Shown one piece after another: positions 1 through 9,787 of a stretch of DNA of 64,000 bases; the stretch's first letter is position 1; each line of letters starts with the position of its first letter. Origin of the DNA: Gammaproteobacteria bacterium. Lineage in GTDB: Bacteria; Pseudomonadota; Gammaproteobacteria; JAABTG01. A program made the position numbers and the translations under genes. The stretch lies in contig JAGNLM010000002.1 of assembly GCA_017999615.1 (NCBI GenBank), positions 185,633 through 249,632 of the forward strand. The letters run 5' to 3'. A model generated the notes under the pieces. It did not search any database. It saw nothing but the letters and a program-made list of their open reading frames with translations, and had not been told where the DNA came from.

Positions 1-83
1 GCGGCCCTCGCCCGCATCCGTGTCGGCCGCAGCGGAATGGTATTCTTGGGCCCCGGGCGAGGAGCCGTGACGGAGGTTGGGCG

Positions 84-1043
84 ATGCTGGATCTGCGCGA
101 CGTGGAACGCTTGCCGGTGAGCGCGTTCTCGGTGGTCATGGGCCTCGCGGGACTCGCCCTCGCCCTCGGGGCCCAGGCACAGGGCCTCGGGTTCGGCGCC
201 GGCTGGGCGCTCCTCGTCACCGTCCCGACGAGCCTCCTCTTCCTCGTGCTGGCGACCCTCTACGGGGTCAAGGCCGCGCGCTACCCGGCGGCGGTCCGGG
301 CCGAATGGGCCCACCCCGTCAAGCTGGCCTTCTTCCCCACCGTCGCCATCAGCCTGACGCTGCTCGCCGCGGCCTGGCTGCCCCACGCGCCGACGCTCGC
401 GCGGGCACTGAGCGTCGCGGGCTCCGCCCTGCAGCTGGTGCTCACGCTCGCGGTGCTCTCGGCCTGGCTGTTCCGGGGCCGCTTCGAGCTCGGGCACGCC
501 AACCCGGCCTGGTTCCTGCCCGTGGTCGGGAACATCCTGGTCGCGGTGCCGGGCGCCACGCTGCTGCCGGGCGAGGTGAGCTGGTTCTTCTTCGGGGTCG
601 GGCTCCTCTTCTGGGTCCTGCTCTTCGCGGTGCTGCTCCACCGGGTGGTGTTCCTCCCGGCGCTGCCCGAGAAGCTGATGCCGACCTTCTTCATCTTCAT
701 CGCTCCGCCGGCGCTTGCCTTCCTGGCCTACGTCGGCCTCACCGGTGCCGTGGACCCCTTCGCCCGGGTGACCTACTACACGGCTCTCTTCCTGACCCTC
801 CTCCTCCTCCTGCAGTCGCCGCGTTTCGCGCGCCTGCCCTTCGCCCTGTCCTGGTGGGCCTACTCCTTCCCCGTGGCGGCCGTGACGGTCGCCACCCGCG
901 TGATGCACGCGCGCACCGGGCTCGCGTTCTTCGAAGTCCTCGCGTGGGGGCTGCTGGGGCTGCTCCTGTTCATCGTAGGTGTGCTGGTGACCCGCACGAG
1001 CGCGGTCGTCCGCCGCCACGGGCTCGCGCTCGACGAGGCCTGA
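84..1043 (+). CDS. TehA/SLAC1-family (tellurite-resistance/dicarboxylate transporter family) anion channel-like membrane protein
   Basis: 319-aa polytopic membrane protein (about 10 predicted helices), composition and topology typical of the TDT/TehA family. Confidence 0.65.
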   Translation: MLDLRDVERLPVSAFSVVMGLAGLALALGAQAQGLGFGAGWALLVTVPTSLLFLVLATLYGVKAARYPAAVRAEWAHPVKLAFFPTVAISLTLLAAAWLPHAPTLARALSVAGSALQLVLTLAVLSAWLFRGRFELGHANPAWFLPVVGNILVAVPGATLLPGEVSWFFFGVGLLFWVLLFAVLLHRVVFLPALPEKLMPTFFIFIAPPALAFLAYVGLTGAVDPFARVTYYTALFLTLLLLLQSPRFARLPFALSWWAYSFPVAAVTVATRVMHARTGLAFFEVLAWGLLGLLLFIVGVLVTRTSAVVRRHGLALDEA

Positions 1044-1049
1044 GAGCGC

Positions 1050-1241
1050 ATGCCTGCCGCCGAGCCGACGCCCGAGCTCCGCCCCTGGGATTCCCTGGCG
1101 AAGGACGAGCAGACGCGCCTGCGAATCGACTACGGCCACTACCTCGACTCCCTGCCGCCAACCTGTTCCCTCGAGGAGAAGAACGCCCGCTTCGCGGCAT
1201 GGCTCGCCGAGCGCGGCGTGCTCTACGTGGGGCGGGGCTGA
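1050..1241 (+). CDS. small hypothetical protein (63 aa)
   Basis: ORF tightly packed between the transporter and ppc on the same strand; no recognisable motif. Confidence 0.3.
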   Translation: MPAAEPTPELRPWDSLAKDEQTRLRIDYGHYLDSLPPTCSLEEKNARFAAWLAERGVLYVGRG

Positions 1242-1245
1242 CGGG

Positions 1246-4017
1246 GTGGCCACGCAGACCTCCTATCCCGAGCGCGAGCCGCTGCGGGCGCGGGTGCAGC
1301 GGGTGGGGCAGATCATCGGACGGGTGGTCCGGGAGCAGGCGGGGCCCCGGGTCTACGAAACGGTCGAGGCGCTGCGCCGGGGGTTCCTCGAGGCCCGTCA
1401 GGGCGGAGACGGCGAGCGGCGGCACGCGCTGGGGGAGCTCATCGCAGGGCTGGACCCCGAGACCCTGACGCAGGTCATCCGCGCCTTCTACCTCTTCTTC
1501 GGCGTCATCAACGTGCTCGAGGAGGGAGAGCGTTACGAGAGCCACCGGGAGGGCGCCTGGCCCGGCTCCTTCGAGGAGACGGTGGCGGAGCTGGCGGCCC
1601 GGGGGGTCGGCCGGGAGTCGATGCAGTCCCTGCTCGACCGGCTGAGCTACATGCCCGTCTTCACCGCACACCCGACCGAGTCCCGGCGCCGCACGGTGCA
1701 GGAGGCGCTGCGCCGGGTCGCGGACACCCTCGGCGAGCGCTATGCACCCGGCCGCACCGAGGCCGAGCAGCGCCGCGCCGAGGCAGTCCTGGAGCACCAG
1801 ATCCTGCTCCTCTGGCTCACCGACGAGGTCCGGGGCAGCACCCTCAGGGTTCAGGACGAGATCGACAGCGGCCTCGCCCACTTCCCCAACAGCCTGTTCG
1901 AGGCGGTGCCCCAGTTCTTCCGGGCGGCCGAGGAGGCCCTCGCCCGCCACTACCCGGACTCGGGGCTCGCGGTGCCCTCCTTCCTGCACTTCGGGTCGTG
2001 GATCGGCGGCGACCGCGACGGCAACCCCCACGTGACCCCGGAGACCACCGCGCTCGCCGTGCGCATGCAGGAGCGCGTGGCGTTGACGCTCCACATCGAG
2101 CAGGTCGACCGGCTCGAGCGGGAGCTGGCCCACGCCCGGCGCTTCTGCCGCGGGCTCGACCCCCTGCTGGCGAGCATCGCGCGCGACCGCGTGGACTTCC
2201 CCGAGCTCGCCGAGGAGCTCGCGCACCATCGGGCCGCCGAGCCCTTCCGCCACAAGCTCCTGTACGTGCGCACCCGGCTCGAGCGCCGGCTCGCGGGCGT
2301 ACGCGCGGCCCTGCGGGGCGACCCGCGCCCGACCCTGCCCGGGGCCTACCGGCGCACCGAGGACTTCGTCGCGGATCTGCGCCTCGTCCGCCAGGCCCTG
2401 CACGCCACGGGCGACCACGTCTCCGCCGACGGGCCCATCGCCGACCTCGTGCGCCAGGCCGAGACCTTCGGCTTCCACCTGGCCACGCTCGACATCCGCG
2501 AGGAGGCCGCCGCGCACACCCGCGCGGTCGACGAGATCCTCGCCGCGGCGGGCGAGCCGGGCTACGCCGGGCTGGACGAGGCGGCGCGGGTCGCACGCCT
2601 GGTCCGGGCCCTGGAGGAGGGTCTGCCCGAGGCCTCGGAAGAGCGCCTCGGGGAGGCGACCCGGCGCACCGCGCGGGTCTTCGAGGTGATGGGGCGGGTG
2701 CGGGCCGAGGCCGGCCCGGAGGCCCTGGGGCACTACGTCGTCTCCATGGCCCGCCGGGCGGGCGAGGTCCTCGAGGTCCTGGCCCTCGCCCGCCGCGCGG
2801 GGCTGGTGGGCCGGGAGAACGGGCGCTGGTTCTGCCACGTTCCCGTGAGCCCCCTCTTCGAGACCATCGCCGACCTCGAGGGCTGCGACCGGGTCATGGC
2901 GACGCTGCTGCGCACGCCGGTCTACCGCGCCCTGGTCGCGGCCGCCGGCGGCCGCCAGGAGGTCATGCTCGGCTACTCGGACTCGACCAAGGACGGCGGG
3001 ATGCTGGCCGCGTCCTGGCGGCTCTACCACGCCCAGCAGCGCCTCACCGCGCTCTCCGCCGCCCAGGGCGTGCCGATCCGCTTCTTCCACGGCCGCGGCG
3101 GGACCGTTGGACGCGGCGGCGGCCCGTCCCACAAGGCCATCCTGGGCCAACCGCCGGGGACCGTGGGCGGAGAGCTCCGCGTCACCGAGCAGGGCGAGAT
3201 GCTCGCCTCGAAGTACGGCGCGCCCCAGAGCGCGCTCTACGAGCTGACCATCAGCGCCTCCGCCCTCCTGCGCCGCAGCGACGACCTGCTGCACCCCCCG
3301 GCGCGCGAGCGCCGCGAGTGGCAGGGGGCCATGGACGCCGTAGCCCGGGCCGCCGAGCGCGCCTACCGCCGTCTGGTCGACGAGACTCCGGGCTTCTTCG
3401 AATTCTTCTACCAGGCCACGCCCGTGGAGGAGCTCGCCCATCTGCAGATCGGTTCGCGCCCCTCCCACCGACGCGAGGGCGAGCGGGGCAAGGCCTCCAT
3501 CCGGGCGATCCCCTGGGTCTTCGGCTGGGCCCAGGCGCGCTTCCACCTGCCGGGCTGGTACGGGGTCGGCACTGGCCTCGCCGGCTGGCACGAGGGGGGA
3601 ACGAAACGCCTGGCGCAGCTGCAGCGGATGTACGGCGAGTGGGCGTACTTCCGGAACGTGATCGACAATGTGCAGATGATCCTCTCGAAGACGGACATGG
3701 ACATCGCGGGCGGGTACGCTGCCCTCTGCGACCCGGCGCTCGACCTCTCCCGCATCCTCCCGGCCATCCGAGAGGAGTACGATCGGACCCTGTACGAGGT
3801 GCGGGCCGTGACCCGCACCCACTATTTGCTGGAGAACGACCCGCCGCTCGCCCAGGCCATCGCCCTGCGCAACCCCTACCTGGAGCCGTTGAACCACATC
3901 CAGGTCGGGCTGCTGCGCCGGCGCCGGGCCCGGGCCGGGGACGAGCCGGACCCGTGGCTCGACCCGCTGCTGCGCAGCGTCAACGCGCTCGCATCGGGGC
4001 TGCGGAACACGGGCTGA
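1246..4017 (+). CDS. ppc: phosphoenolpyruvate carboxylase
   Basis: 923 aa; PEPC signatures VFTAHPTE and FHGRGGTVGRGGGP are present; GTG start. Confidence 0.95.
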   Translation: MATQTSYPEREPLRARVQRVGQIIGRVVREQAGPRVYETVEALRRGFLEARQGGDGERRHALGELIAGLDPETLTQVIRAFYLFFGVINVLEEGERYESHREGAWPGSFEETVAELAARGVGRESMQSLLDRLSYMPVFTAHPTESRRRTVQEALRRVADTLGERYAPGRTEAEQRRAEAVLEHQILLLWLTDEVRGSTLRVQDEIDSGLAHFPNSLFEAVPQFFRAAEEALARHYPDSGLAVPSFLHFGSWIGGDRDGNPHVTPETTALAVRMQERVALTLHIEQVDRLERELAHARRFCRGLDPLLASIARDRVDFPELAEELAHHRAAEPFRHKLLYVRTRLERRLAGVRAALRGDPRPTLPGAYRRTEDFVADLRLVRQALHATGDHVSADGPIADLVRQAETFGFHLATLDIREEAAAHTRAVDEILAAAGEPGYAGLDEAARVARLVRALEEGLPEASEERLGEATRRTARVFEVMGRVRAEAGPEALGHYVVSMARRAGEVLEVLALARRAGLVGRENGRWFCHVPVSPLFETIADLEGCDRVMATLLRTPVYRALVAAAGGRQEVMLGYSDSTKDGGMLAASWRLYHAQQRLTALSAAQGVPIRFFHGRGGTVGRGGGPSHKAILGQPPGTVGGELRVTEQGEMLASKYGAPQSALYELTISASALLRRSDDLLHPPARERREWQGAMDAVARAAERAYRRLVDETPGFFEFFYQATPVEELAHLQIGSRPSHRREGERGKASIRAIPWVFGWAQARFHLPGWYGVGTGLAGWHEGGTKRLAQLQRMYGEWAYFRNVIDNVQMILSKTDMDIAGGYAALCDPALDLSRILPAIREEYDRTLYEVRAVTRTHYLLENDPPLAQAIALRNPYLEPLNHIQVGLLRRRRARAGDEPDPWLDPLLRSVNALASGLRNTG

Positions 4018-4250
4018 CGGCCTGACCGCCGGAGGGCCGGGAGCGAGCTCGACGCGAGGGGATTGGCCACCCGCATCGCGGTAGGGAGGATGGCGCGACA
4101 CACCACCCACCGGTGTCGCCGTCGGCCGGCGCGTCACGCGCAAGGGTGGGAAACGCAGTGCATACCCCCAGGACGCCGGGCGACCCGACTCGCCGCGTTG
4201 CGCGTCACACTGGGAAGACCGTCAAAAGTTCGCGAGCGAAGGAGGATGCC

Positions 4251-5519
4251 ATGTCCCGTCAGCCGAACCCCACTGCCGCCCGTCGCCGTTTCGCCGGGCT
4301 CGCCCCCACCCTGGGAGCCGCCGCGCTCCTGGCAGCGTTTCCGGTCCTGGCCCAGGACGTGCCCAGCGCGCCCCCGGTGCCTGTGGCCCCCGCGGCACCC
4401 GCAGCCCCAGCGGCACCCGCGGCCGAGGCGGTGGCCGAGCGCCTGCAGAAGGAGCTCGAGGCCCTCAAACGGCAGATCGGGACCCTGAAGGACGAGGCAG
4501 CGGCGATCGCGGCGAAGCTCACCGGGGAGAAGGACACGCTCGCGAAGGATCTGACCGCGATCAAGAAGGCCCTGGGCCAGGCCGAGGCCGACCGGGACGC
4601 CAAGGCGGCAGCCGCCGCCCAGCTCGAGCAGCAGGCCCGGGACGCGCAGGCCCAGGTGGCCGCCGAGCGGGCCGCTGCCGAGAAGGCCGCCGAGGCCCAG
4701 AAGGCCGCGCAGGCACAGGCCGCCGAGGCCCAGAAGGCCGCTGAAGCGAAGGCCGCCGAGGCCCGGAAGGCTGCGGAGGCGAAGCTCGCCGAGGCGCAGA
4801 AGGCGTGGGCGGACAAGTTGGCCGCCGCGGAGAAGGACTCGGCCGCAAAGTACGCCGCCGCCGAGCAGCACGCGAAGGACCTGAGCGCGCGGGCGGAAGC
4901 CGCGGCGAAGGAGATGACCGAGAAGCTCGAGGCGATGAGGAAGGAGGCGGCCGAGAAGCTCAGCACCGCCGACACCGAGGCGAAGGCCCAGCGTGAGCGT
5001 GCCGCGACCCTGGGCACGGAGCGCGACGCGGCCCTGGCCGCCCGCGAGGCGGCCGACAAGGCGCTGGCGAGCGCCAAGGCAGCAGCAGCGGCGGCGGAGA
5101 GCTCGCTGACCCAGTCGCGGAGCCGCCTCTCGACCCTCGAGGCCTCGCTCGGCGAGTTGCGCGCCCGCGTGCCCGTGGAGGGCGGCGGGACGCTCGCCCT
5201 CGACAAGGCCCAGGGCGCCAGCGCGGAAGCCGCGAAGGCTTACGTCGCCGCGGCCCGTGATGCCAGCGAAAAGCCCTCCGCCGCGACACGCAACACCGCC
5301 AAGGACGCCAGCCAGCGCCTGCGCGCTGCGCAGTACGACGTCGCGCGCATCACCGGCGCCCGGGGCATCTACACCCTGCGCAAGGAGGACACGCTGGCCA
5401 TCGTGGCCGCGCGCTTCTACGGCGACGGCAACCGCTGGCCCACGATCTTCGAGGCCAACAAGGGCGTGCTCGGCAACCCCGACCAGGTCCTCCCGGGACT
5501 CACGGTCGTCGTCCCCTGA
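4251..5519 (+). CDS. secreted Ala/Lys/Glu-rich coiled-coil protein with C-terminal LysM peptidoglycan-binding domain
   Basis: GGAGGA Shine-Dalgarno sequence (SD) before ATG 4251; signal peptide ending in PVLAQ; (AAP)n tract; long AEAKAAEA-type coiled coil; C-terminal LysM-like segment (YTLRKEDTLAIVAARFYGDGNRWPTIFEAN). Confidence 0.7.
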   Translation: MSRQPNPTAARRRFAGLAPTLGAAALLAAFPVLAQDVPSAPPVPVAPAAPAAPAAPAAEAVAERLQKELEALKRQIGTLKDEAAAIAAKLTGEKDTLAKDLTAIKKALGQAEADRDAKAAAAAQLEQQARDAQAQVAAERAAAEKAAEAQKAAQAQAAEAQKAAEAKAAEARKAAEAKLAEAQKAWADKLAAAEKDSAAKYAAAEQHAKDLSARAEAAAKEMTEKLEAMRKEAAEKLSTADTEAKAQRERAATLGTERDAALAAREAADKALASAKAAAAAAESSLTQSRSRLSTLEASLGELRARVPVEGGGTLALDKAQGASAEAAKAYVAAARDASEKPSAATRNTAKDASQRLRAAQYDVARITGARGIYTLRKEDTLAIVAARFYGDGNRWPTIFEANKGVLGNPDQVLPGLTVVVP

Positions 5520-5561
5520 GACCGCGCGAGCTGAGACCGCGCGAGCGCCCCTGGTGATCCC

Positions 5562-5591
5562 GGCGGAGGCCCCCTCGCGGGGGCTTCCGCC
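5562..5591. terminator. GC-rich hairpin between convergent LysM gene and hrpB
   Basis: ggcggaggccccctcgcgggggcttccgcc near-perfect 13-bp stem, directly abutting the hrpB stop. Confidence 0.4.
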
Positions 5592-8219
5592 CTACCGGGG
5601 ACGCGTCCGCGCGGTCGGCGCCGCCCGCCAGGGGTCCTCGGGCCAGGGATGCCTGGGGTACCTTCCGCGCAACTCCCGGCGCACCTCGGGGTAGGTCCGC
5701 TCCCAGAAGCCCTGCAGGTCCCGCGTGACCTGCAGGGGCCGCCCGGCCGGTGAGAGCAGGTGCAGGGTGACCGGCACCTCGCCCCCGCAGACCCGCGGCG
5801 TCTCCCCCAGCCCGAACATCTCCTGAAGCTTCACCGCCAGCACCGGCGGCTCGCCGGGCCCGTAGGCCAGCCGGCGCCGGGCACCGCTCGGCACGGTGAC
5901 GTGGGTCGGGGCGGCCTCGTCCAGGCGCCGCTGCCAGTTGCCGCCCAGGGCGGCGTGCAGGGTCCCCCGCAGCGCGCCCGCCAGGTCGACCCGCCCCAGG
6001 TGCTCCAGCCGGGTCACGCCCCGCAGGTGCGGGCCGAGCCACTCGTCCAGCGTCGCGAGGAGGCGTCCGTCGGAGAGATCCGGCCAGGACTCTGCCGGCC
6101 TCCAGCCCCTCAGGGAGAGCACCCTGGCCTGCAGTTCCCAAGCGGCGTCGGTCCAGGGCAGCACCGCGAGCCCACGCCGGCGCACCCCCTCGAGCAGGGC
6201 GTGGGCCACCCGGTCCGGGTCCGGCTGGGGAAGCGGGCGGGCCGAGAGCAGGAGCGCGCCCAGGCGCTCCTCCGCCCGGGCGATGACCGCTCCCTCCCGG
6301 TCGTCCCACTCCACCACCTCGCGGACCTCCCTGCGCCCCGCCGTCACCTCAACGAGCGTCTCCGGCGCGAGGGCCGCGGCGAGGAAGATGCGTCCGTCCC
6401 CCGTCCCCGCCTCCAGGGAGGCGGCCACCAGGTACTCCTCCCGGCCGAGGGGATCGGCCTCCGGAAGCCTGGCGCCCCGCCCGCTCGCGAGCCGGTACCG
6501 CGCCCCGTCACCGCCCTGGCGTCTCGCGATCCGGTCCGGGTAGGCGAGTGCGAGGAGACGCCCTGCGGCCGAACGTGGATCCTCCCCGACTGCCCGGGGG
6601 CCTCGCCCTGGCCCGCTTGCGCCCGTCGGCCCCCGGTCCCGGCCCCGGGCGCCTCGGGGCACGACGGACCGGGCCCTGTCCCCGTCCGGGGCGATCTGGC
6701 GGGCGGCCCGGTCGACCCGGGCGCAGGCGGCGGGGTCCGCCCCCAGGGCGCGGGCGCCGGCCTCGCCGTCCACCCGCCAGCGGTGGAGGGCCTCCAGCCG
6801 GTCCGCGAGGTCGCTCGTGCGCCCGGGGCCGGAGGCCCGCAGGACGTCGCGCTCGGAGAGGAGCGCGGCGATGTCACCGGCGAGCGGCCCGAGCCCTTCC
6901 CGCCCCGCCTCGACCAGCATCCGGGCGAGGCGCGGCTGCACGGGCAGCCCGGCCATCCGGAGGCCTGCGGCCGTGATGCGCCCGGCCGAGTCCAGGGCGC
7001 CCAGGCCCGCCAGGAGGTCCCGGGCCTGGGCGAAGGCCCCGGCCGGGGGCGGGTCGAGCCAGCGCAGGGCCCCGGGGTCTGCGACGCCCCACTGGGCGAG
7101 CTCCAGGGCCAGGGGCGCCAGGTCCGCCTCCAGGATCTCCGGGGGATTGAACGCGAGAAGCCCCCGATGCACGGACTCGGTCCACAGGCGGTAGGCGCTC
7201 CCTGGGCCGAGCCGCCCCGCGCGGCCGGCCCGCTGGTCCGCCGAGGCCCGGGAGACCCGCACGGTCTCGAGCCGGGTCAGACCGGTCGCCGGGTCGAAGC
7301 GGGGCCGCCGGGCGAGGCCCGAGTCCACCACGGCCCGGACCCCTTCGATGGTGAGGCTGGTCTCGGCGATGGGGGTCGCCAACACCACCCGACGGCGGTG
7401 GGCGATGGGACGCAGCACCCGGTCCTGGGCCTCGGCCGGCAGGTCCCCGTAGAGGGGAAGGACGGCGACCTCGCCGAGGTCCGCCAGGCGCTCCGCGGTG
7501 GCCCGGATCTCGCCGCCCCCCGGCAGGAACGCCAGGACGTCCCCCGGGTGCGCCGCCAGGGCCCGGCGGACCGCATCGGCCACGAGGTCCGGTACCCCGC
7601 GGGACGAGGGGTCGCGGGGCAGGTAGGAGACCTCCACCGGGAACACCCTTCCCCCGCCCGCGAGGACGGGGGCGCCGCCGAGGACCCCCGCCACGGCCCC
7701 CGCGTCGAGGGTCGCCGAAGCCACCAGCAGCCGCAGGTCCTCACGCAGCCCGGCCCGGACGTCGAGGGCGAGCGTCAGGGCGAGGTCCAGGAGGAGGCTC
7801 CGCTCGTGGGCCTCGTCCAGCATCACCAGGCCCACGCCCTCGAGGGCGGGGTCGCCCTGCAGGCGCCGGAGCAGGACGCCCTCGGTGAGCACCTCCACGC
7901 GGGTGCGCGCCGAGACCCTCTGGTCGAAACGCACCCGATAGCCGATCGTCTCGCCGACCGGCTCGCCCAGGATCTCCGCCATGCGGCCGGCCGCCGCCCG
8001 CGCGGCCAGGCGCCGGGGCTCGGAGACGAGGATCGTCCGGCCCGCGAGCCAGGGCTCGCCGAGCAGGGCGAGGGGCACGAGCGTGGTCTTGCCCGACCCC
8101 GGTGGCGCTGTCAGCACCGCGCCGCGCCCGAGCGCCAGCGCCCGGCGCAGCTCGGGCAGGAGCTCGCGCACAGGCAGGTCGGGGAGGGTCGGGGTGCTCG
8201 CGGTGGGGTCCAGGGGCAT
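5592..8219 (-). CDS. hrpB: ATP-dependent RNA helicase HrpB (DEAH-box)
   Basis: 875 aa; Walker A TAPPGSGKTT near the N-terminus, DEAH box (MLDEAHER); HrpB-length C-terminal domain. Confidence 0.9.
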   Translation of the reverse strand: MPLDPTASTPTLPDLPVRELLPELRRALALGRGAVLTAPPGSGKTTLVPLALLGEPWLAGRTILVSEPRRLAARAAAGRMAEILGEPVGETIGYRVRFDQRVSARTRVEVLTEGVLLRRLQGDPALEGVGLVMLDEAHERSLLLDLALTLALDVRAGLREDLRLLVASATLDAGAVAGVLGGAPVLAGGGRVFPVEVSYLPRDPSSRGVPDLVADAVRRALAAHPGDVLAFLPGGGEIRATAERLADLGEVAVLPLYGDLPAEAQDRVLRPIAHRRRVVLATPIAETSLTIEGVRAVVDSGLARRPRFDPATGLTRLETVRVSRASADQRAGRAGRLGPGSAYRLWTESVHRGLLAFNPPEILEADLAPLALELAQWGVADPGALRWLDPPPAGAFAQARDLLAGLGALDSAGRITAAGLRMAGLPVQPRLARMLVEAGREGLGPLAGDIAALLSERDVLRASGPGRTSDLADRLEALHRWRVDGEAGARALGADPAACARVDRAARQIAPDGDRARSVVPRGARGRDRGPTGASGPGRGPRAVGEDPRSAAGRLLALAYPDRIARRQGGDGARYRLASGRGARLPEADPLGREEYLVAASLEAGTGDGRIFLAAALAPETLVEVTAGRREVREVVEWDDREGAVIARAEERLGALLLSARPLPQPDPDRVAHALLEGVRRRGLAVLPWTDAAWELQARVLSLRGWRPAESWPDLSDGRLLATLDEWLGPHLRGVTRLEHLGRVDLAGALRGTLHAALGGNWQRRLDEAAPTHVTVPSGARRRLAYGPGEPPVLAVKLQEMFGLGETPRVCGGEVPVTLHLLSPAGRPLQVTRDLQGFWERTYPEVRRELRGRYPRHPWPEDPWRAAPTARTRPR

Positions 8220-8407
8220 GAGGGCTCGGGGCTCGGGGCTCGGGGGTCAGGGTCAGCGGCCAGCTACTCGGTGACGGGTGAATGGGGCCCAGGGCCCGCC
8301 GAGACTCTGCACGAGTCGCCCCCCGGGCGAAAGCCCGGGGCCGGCTGGTGGCCCGCGACGGCGCTCTCTAGACTGGGGCACACCCCGCCCCCGGCGAGCC
8401 CCCGCGC

Positions 8408-9559
8408 ATGCAAGACCCACCCACCCCCGCCGATCGCAAGACCCGCGAGCACCCCGGGCCGGACCCGCTCTGCGCACTCGCCCGGTTCGTGGTGGACGGG
8501 GAGCCAGCCCACTCGGAGCCCCTGCGGGTCGGCCTCATCCACGAGAGCCACGTGGTGACCTGCCGAACCCCACGCGGCCCCCGCCGCTACCTCCTGCAGC
8601 GCCTGAACACGGCGGTCTTCCCCGCGCCCGGGCCGGTGATGGAGAACGTCCTGCGGGTGACCCGCCACCTCCAGGAGCGTCAGGCGCAGGCCGAGGTCAG
8701 CGACCTCGAACGGCGCGTGCTCACCGTCGTGCCGAGCCACGAAGGCCCCCCCTGGCACGTGGACGACGCCGGCGGGTGGTGGCGGGCCTACGTCTTCATC
8801 GAGGGCGCCACGTCCTTCGACCGCCCGCCCTCCCCTGCGGCCGCCGAGCGCGCCGCCCGCGCCTTCGGGCGCTTCGTGGCCGACCTCACCGACCTGCCCG
8901 GCCCCCGCCTGCACGAGACCCTGCCGGGCTTTCACGACACCCCCGCCCGCTACCGGGCGCTGCGGGCGGCGGCCGAGGCCGATCCCCTGGGGCGCGCCGG
9001 GGCGGCCCGCGCCGAGCTCGCGGCCCTCGAGGCCCGGCGCGAGCAGCTCGGCGCGCTCCACGAGGCGACCGCCCAGGGCCTGGTGCCGGAGCGGGTCGTG
9101 CACAACGACACCAAGCTGAACAACGTCCTCTTCGACACCGGGACCGGGGAGGCGCTCTGTGTCGTCGACCTCGACACCGTGATGCCGGGCCTCGCCCTGC
9201 ACGACTACGGTGACCTGGTCCGCTCAGCCGCGAGCGAGGCCCCGGAGGACGCCCGCGACCTCGGCACCGTGCGTGTGAACCCGGCGCTGCACCGGGCGGT
9301 GACCCGGGGCTGGCTCGCGCCGCTCGCCCCGCTCCTGACGTCGGCCGAAGCCCAGCTCTTGCCCCTCGCGCCCCGCGTAGTGACCCTGGAGCTCGCCGCG
9401 CGGTTCCTCACCGACCACCTGCTGGGCGACCGCTACTTCCGCACCGGATACCCCGGCCACAACCTGGACCGCTGCCGGACCCAGCTCGCCCTCGCCGCCG
9501 ACCTGGAGCGCCAGGAAGGCACCCTCGCCGCGAGCGTGCGCGAAGCCCTGGGGGGCTGA
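8408..9559 (+). CDS. aminoglycoside-phosphotransferase (APH)-family kinase, substrate unknown
   Basis: APH/Mak-type catalytic loop HNDTKLNNVLF and metal-binding VVDLDT motif. Confidence 0.6.
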   Translation: MQDPPTPADRKTREHPGPDPLCALARFVVDGEPAHSEPLRVGLIHESHVVTCRTPRGPRRYLLQRLNTAVFPAPGPVMENVLRVTRHLQERQAQAEVSDLERRVLTVVPSHEGPPWHVDDAGGWWRAYVFIEGATSFDRPPSPAAAERAARAFGRFVADLTDLPGPRLHETLPGFHDTPARYRALRAAAEADPLGRAGAARAELAALEARREQLGALHEATAQGLVPERVVHNDTKLNNVLFDTGTGEALCVVDLDTVMPGLALHDYGDLVRSAASEAPEDARDLGTVRVNPALHRAVTRGWLAPLAPLLTSAEAQLLPLAPRVVTLELAARFLTDHLLGDRYFRTGYPGHNLDRCRTQLALAADLERQEGTLAASVREALGG

Positions 9560-9640
9560 GCCTCCCCGTTCCCGAACGGCGCGGCTCCCCGCAATACCCC
9601 TTGCGGAGGTCCTCGCCACGGGGACCACCCACCACCGAGC

Positions 9641-9654
9641 TTGACCAGGATCAA
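9641..9654 (+). promoter_or_regulatory. putative FNR/CRP-family box (TTGAC-N4-ATCAA) upstream of nrdD
   Basis: ttgaccaggatcaa matches the FNR consensus TTGAT-N4-ATCAA; anaerobic nrdDG is FNR-activated in E. coli. Confidence 0.35.
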
Positions 9655-9687
9655 ATCCAGAGGATTTGCGCCGGTCTAGACTCTGGA

Positions 9688-9703
9688 CCACAATATGTAG
9701 TGT
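9688..9703 (+). promoter_or_regulatory. putative NrdR box
   Basis: ccacaatatgtagtgt resembles the 16-bp NrdR palindrome consensus acaCwAtATaTwGtgt; lies about 85 nt upstream of the nrdD start. Confidence 0.4.
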
Positions 9704-9787
9704 CCGCAAGCACGAGAGCCCCATCATCCTGTAGTCGCGAGGAAAATCCGCGGCTTACAGCGAGGCCCAGGGGCCGCCCCCGGGAGG

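Noticed and set aside
970-4143. 1057-aa ORF antisense to ppc, plus many similar long ORFs antisense to real genes (5760..8558, 9755..12763, 13441..14910, 17036..18556, 18628..20064, 20431..22395, 23043..25598, 24935..26287, 27202..29148, 30485..31849, 33853..35757, 36927..41327, 41354..43084, 45331..46782, 48869..50230, 50098..51465, 52432..54864, 55170..56903, 57744..59906)
   Set aside because: Translations are low-complexity Arg/Gly/Pro/Ala-rich without motifs, and each lies opposite a gene with clear conserved signatures; they are artefacts of high GC content.
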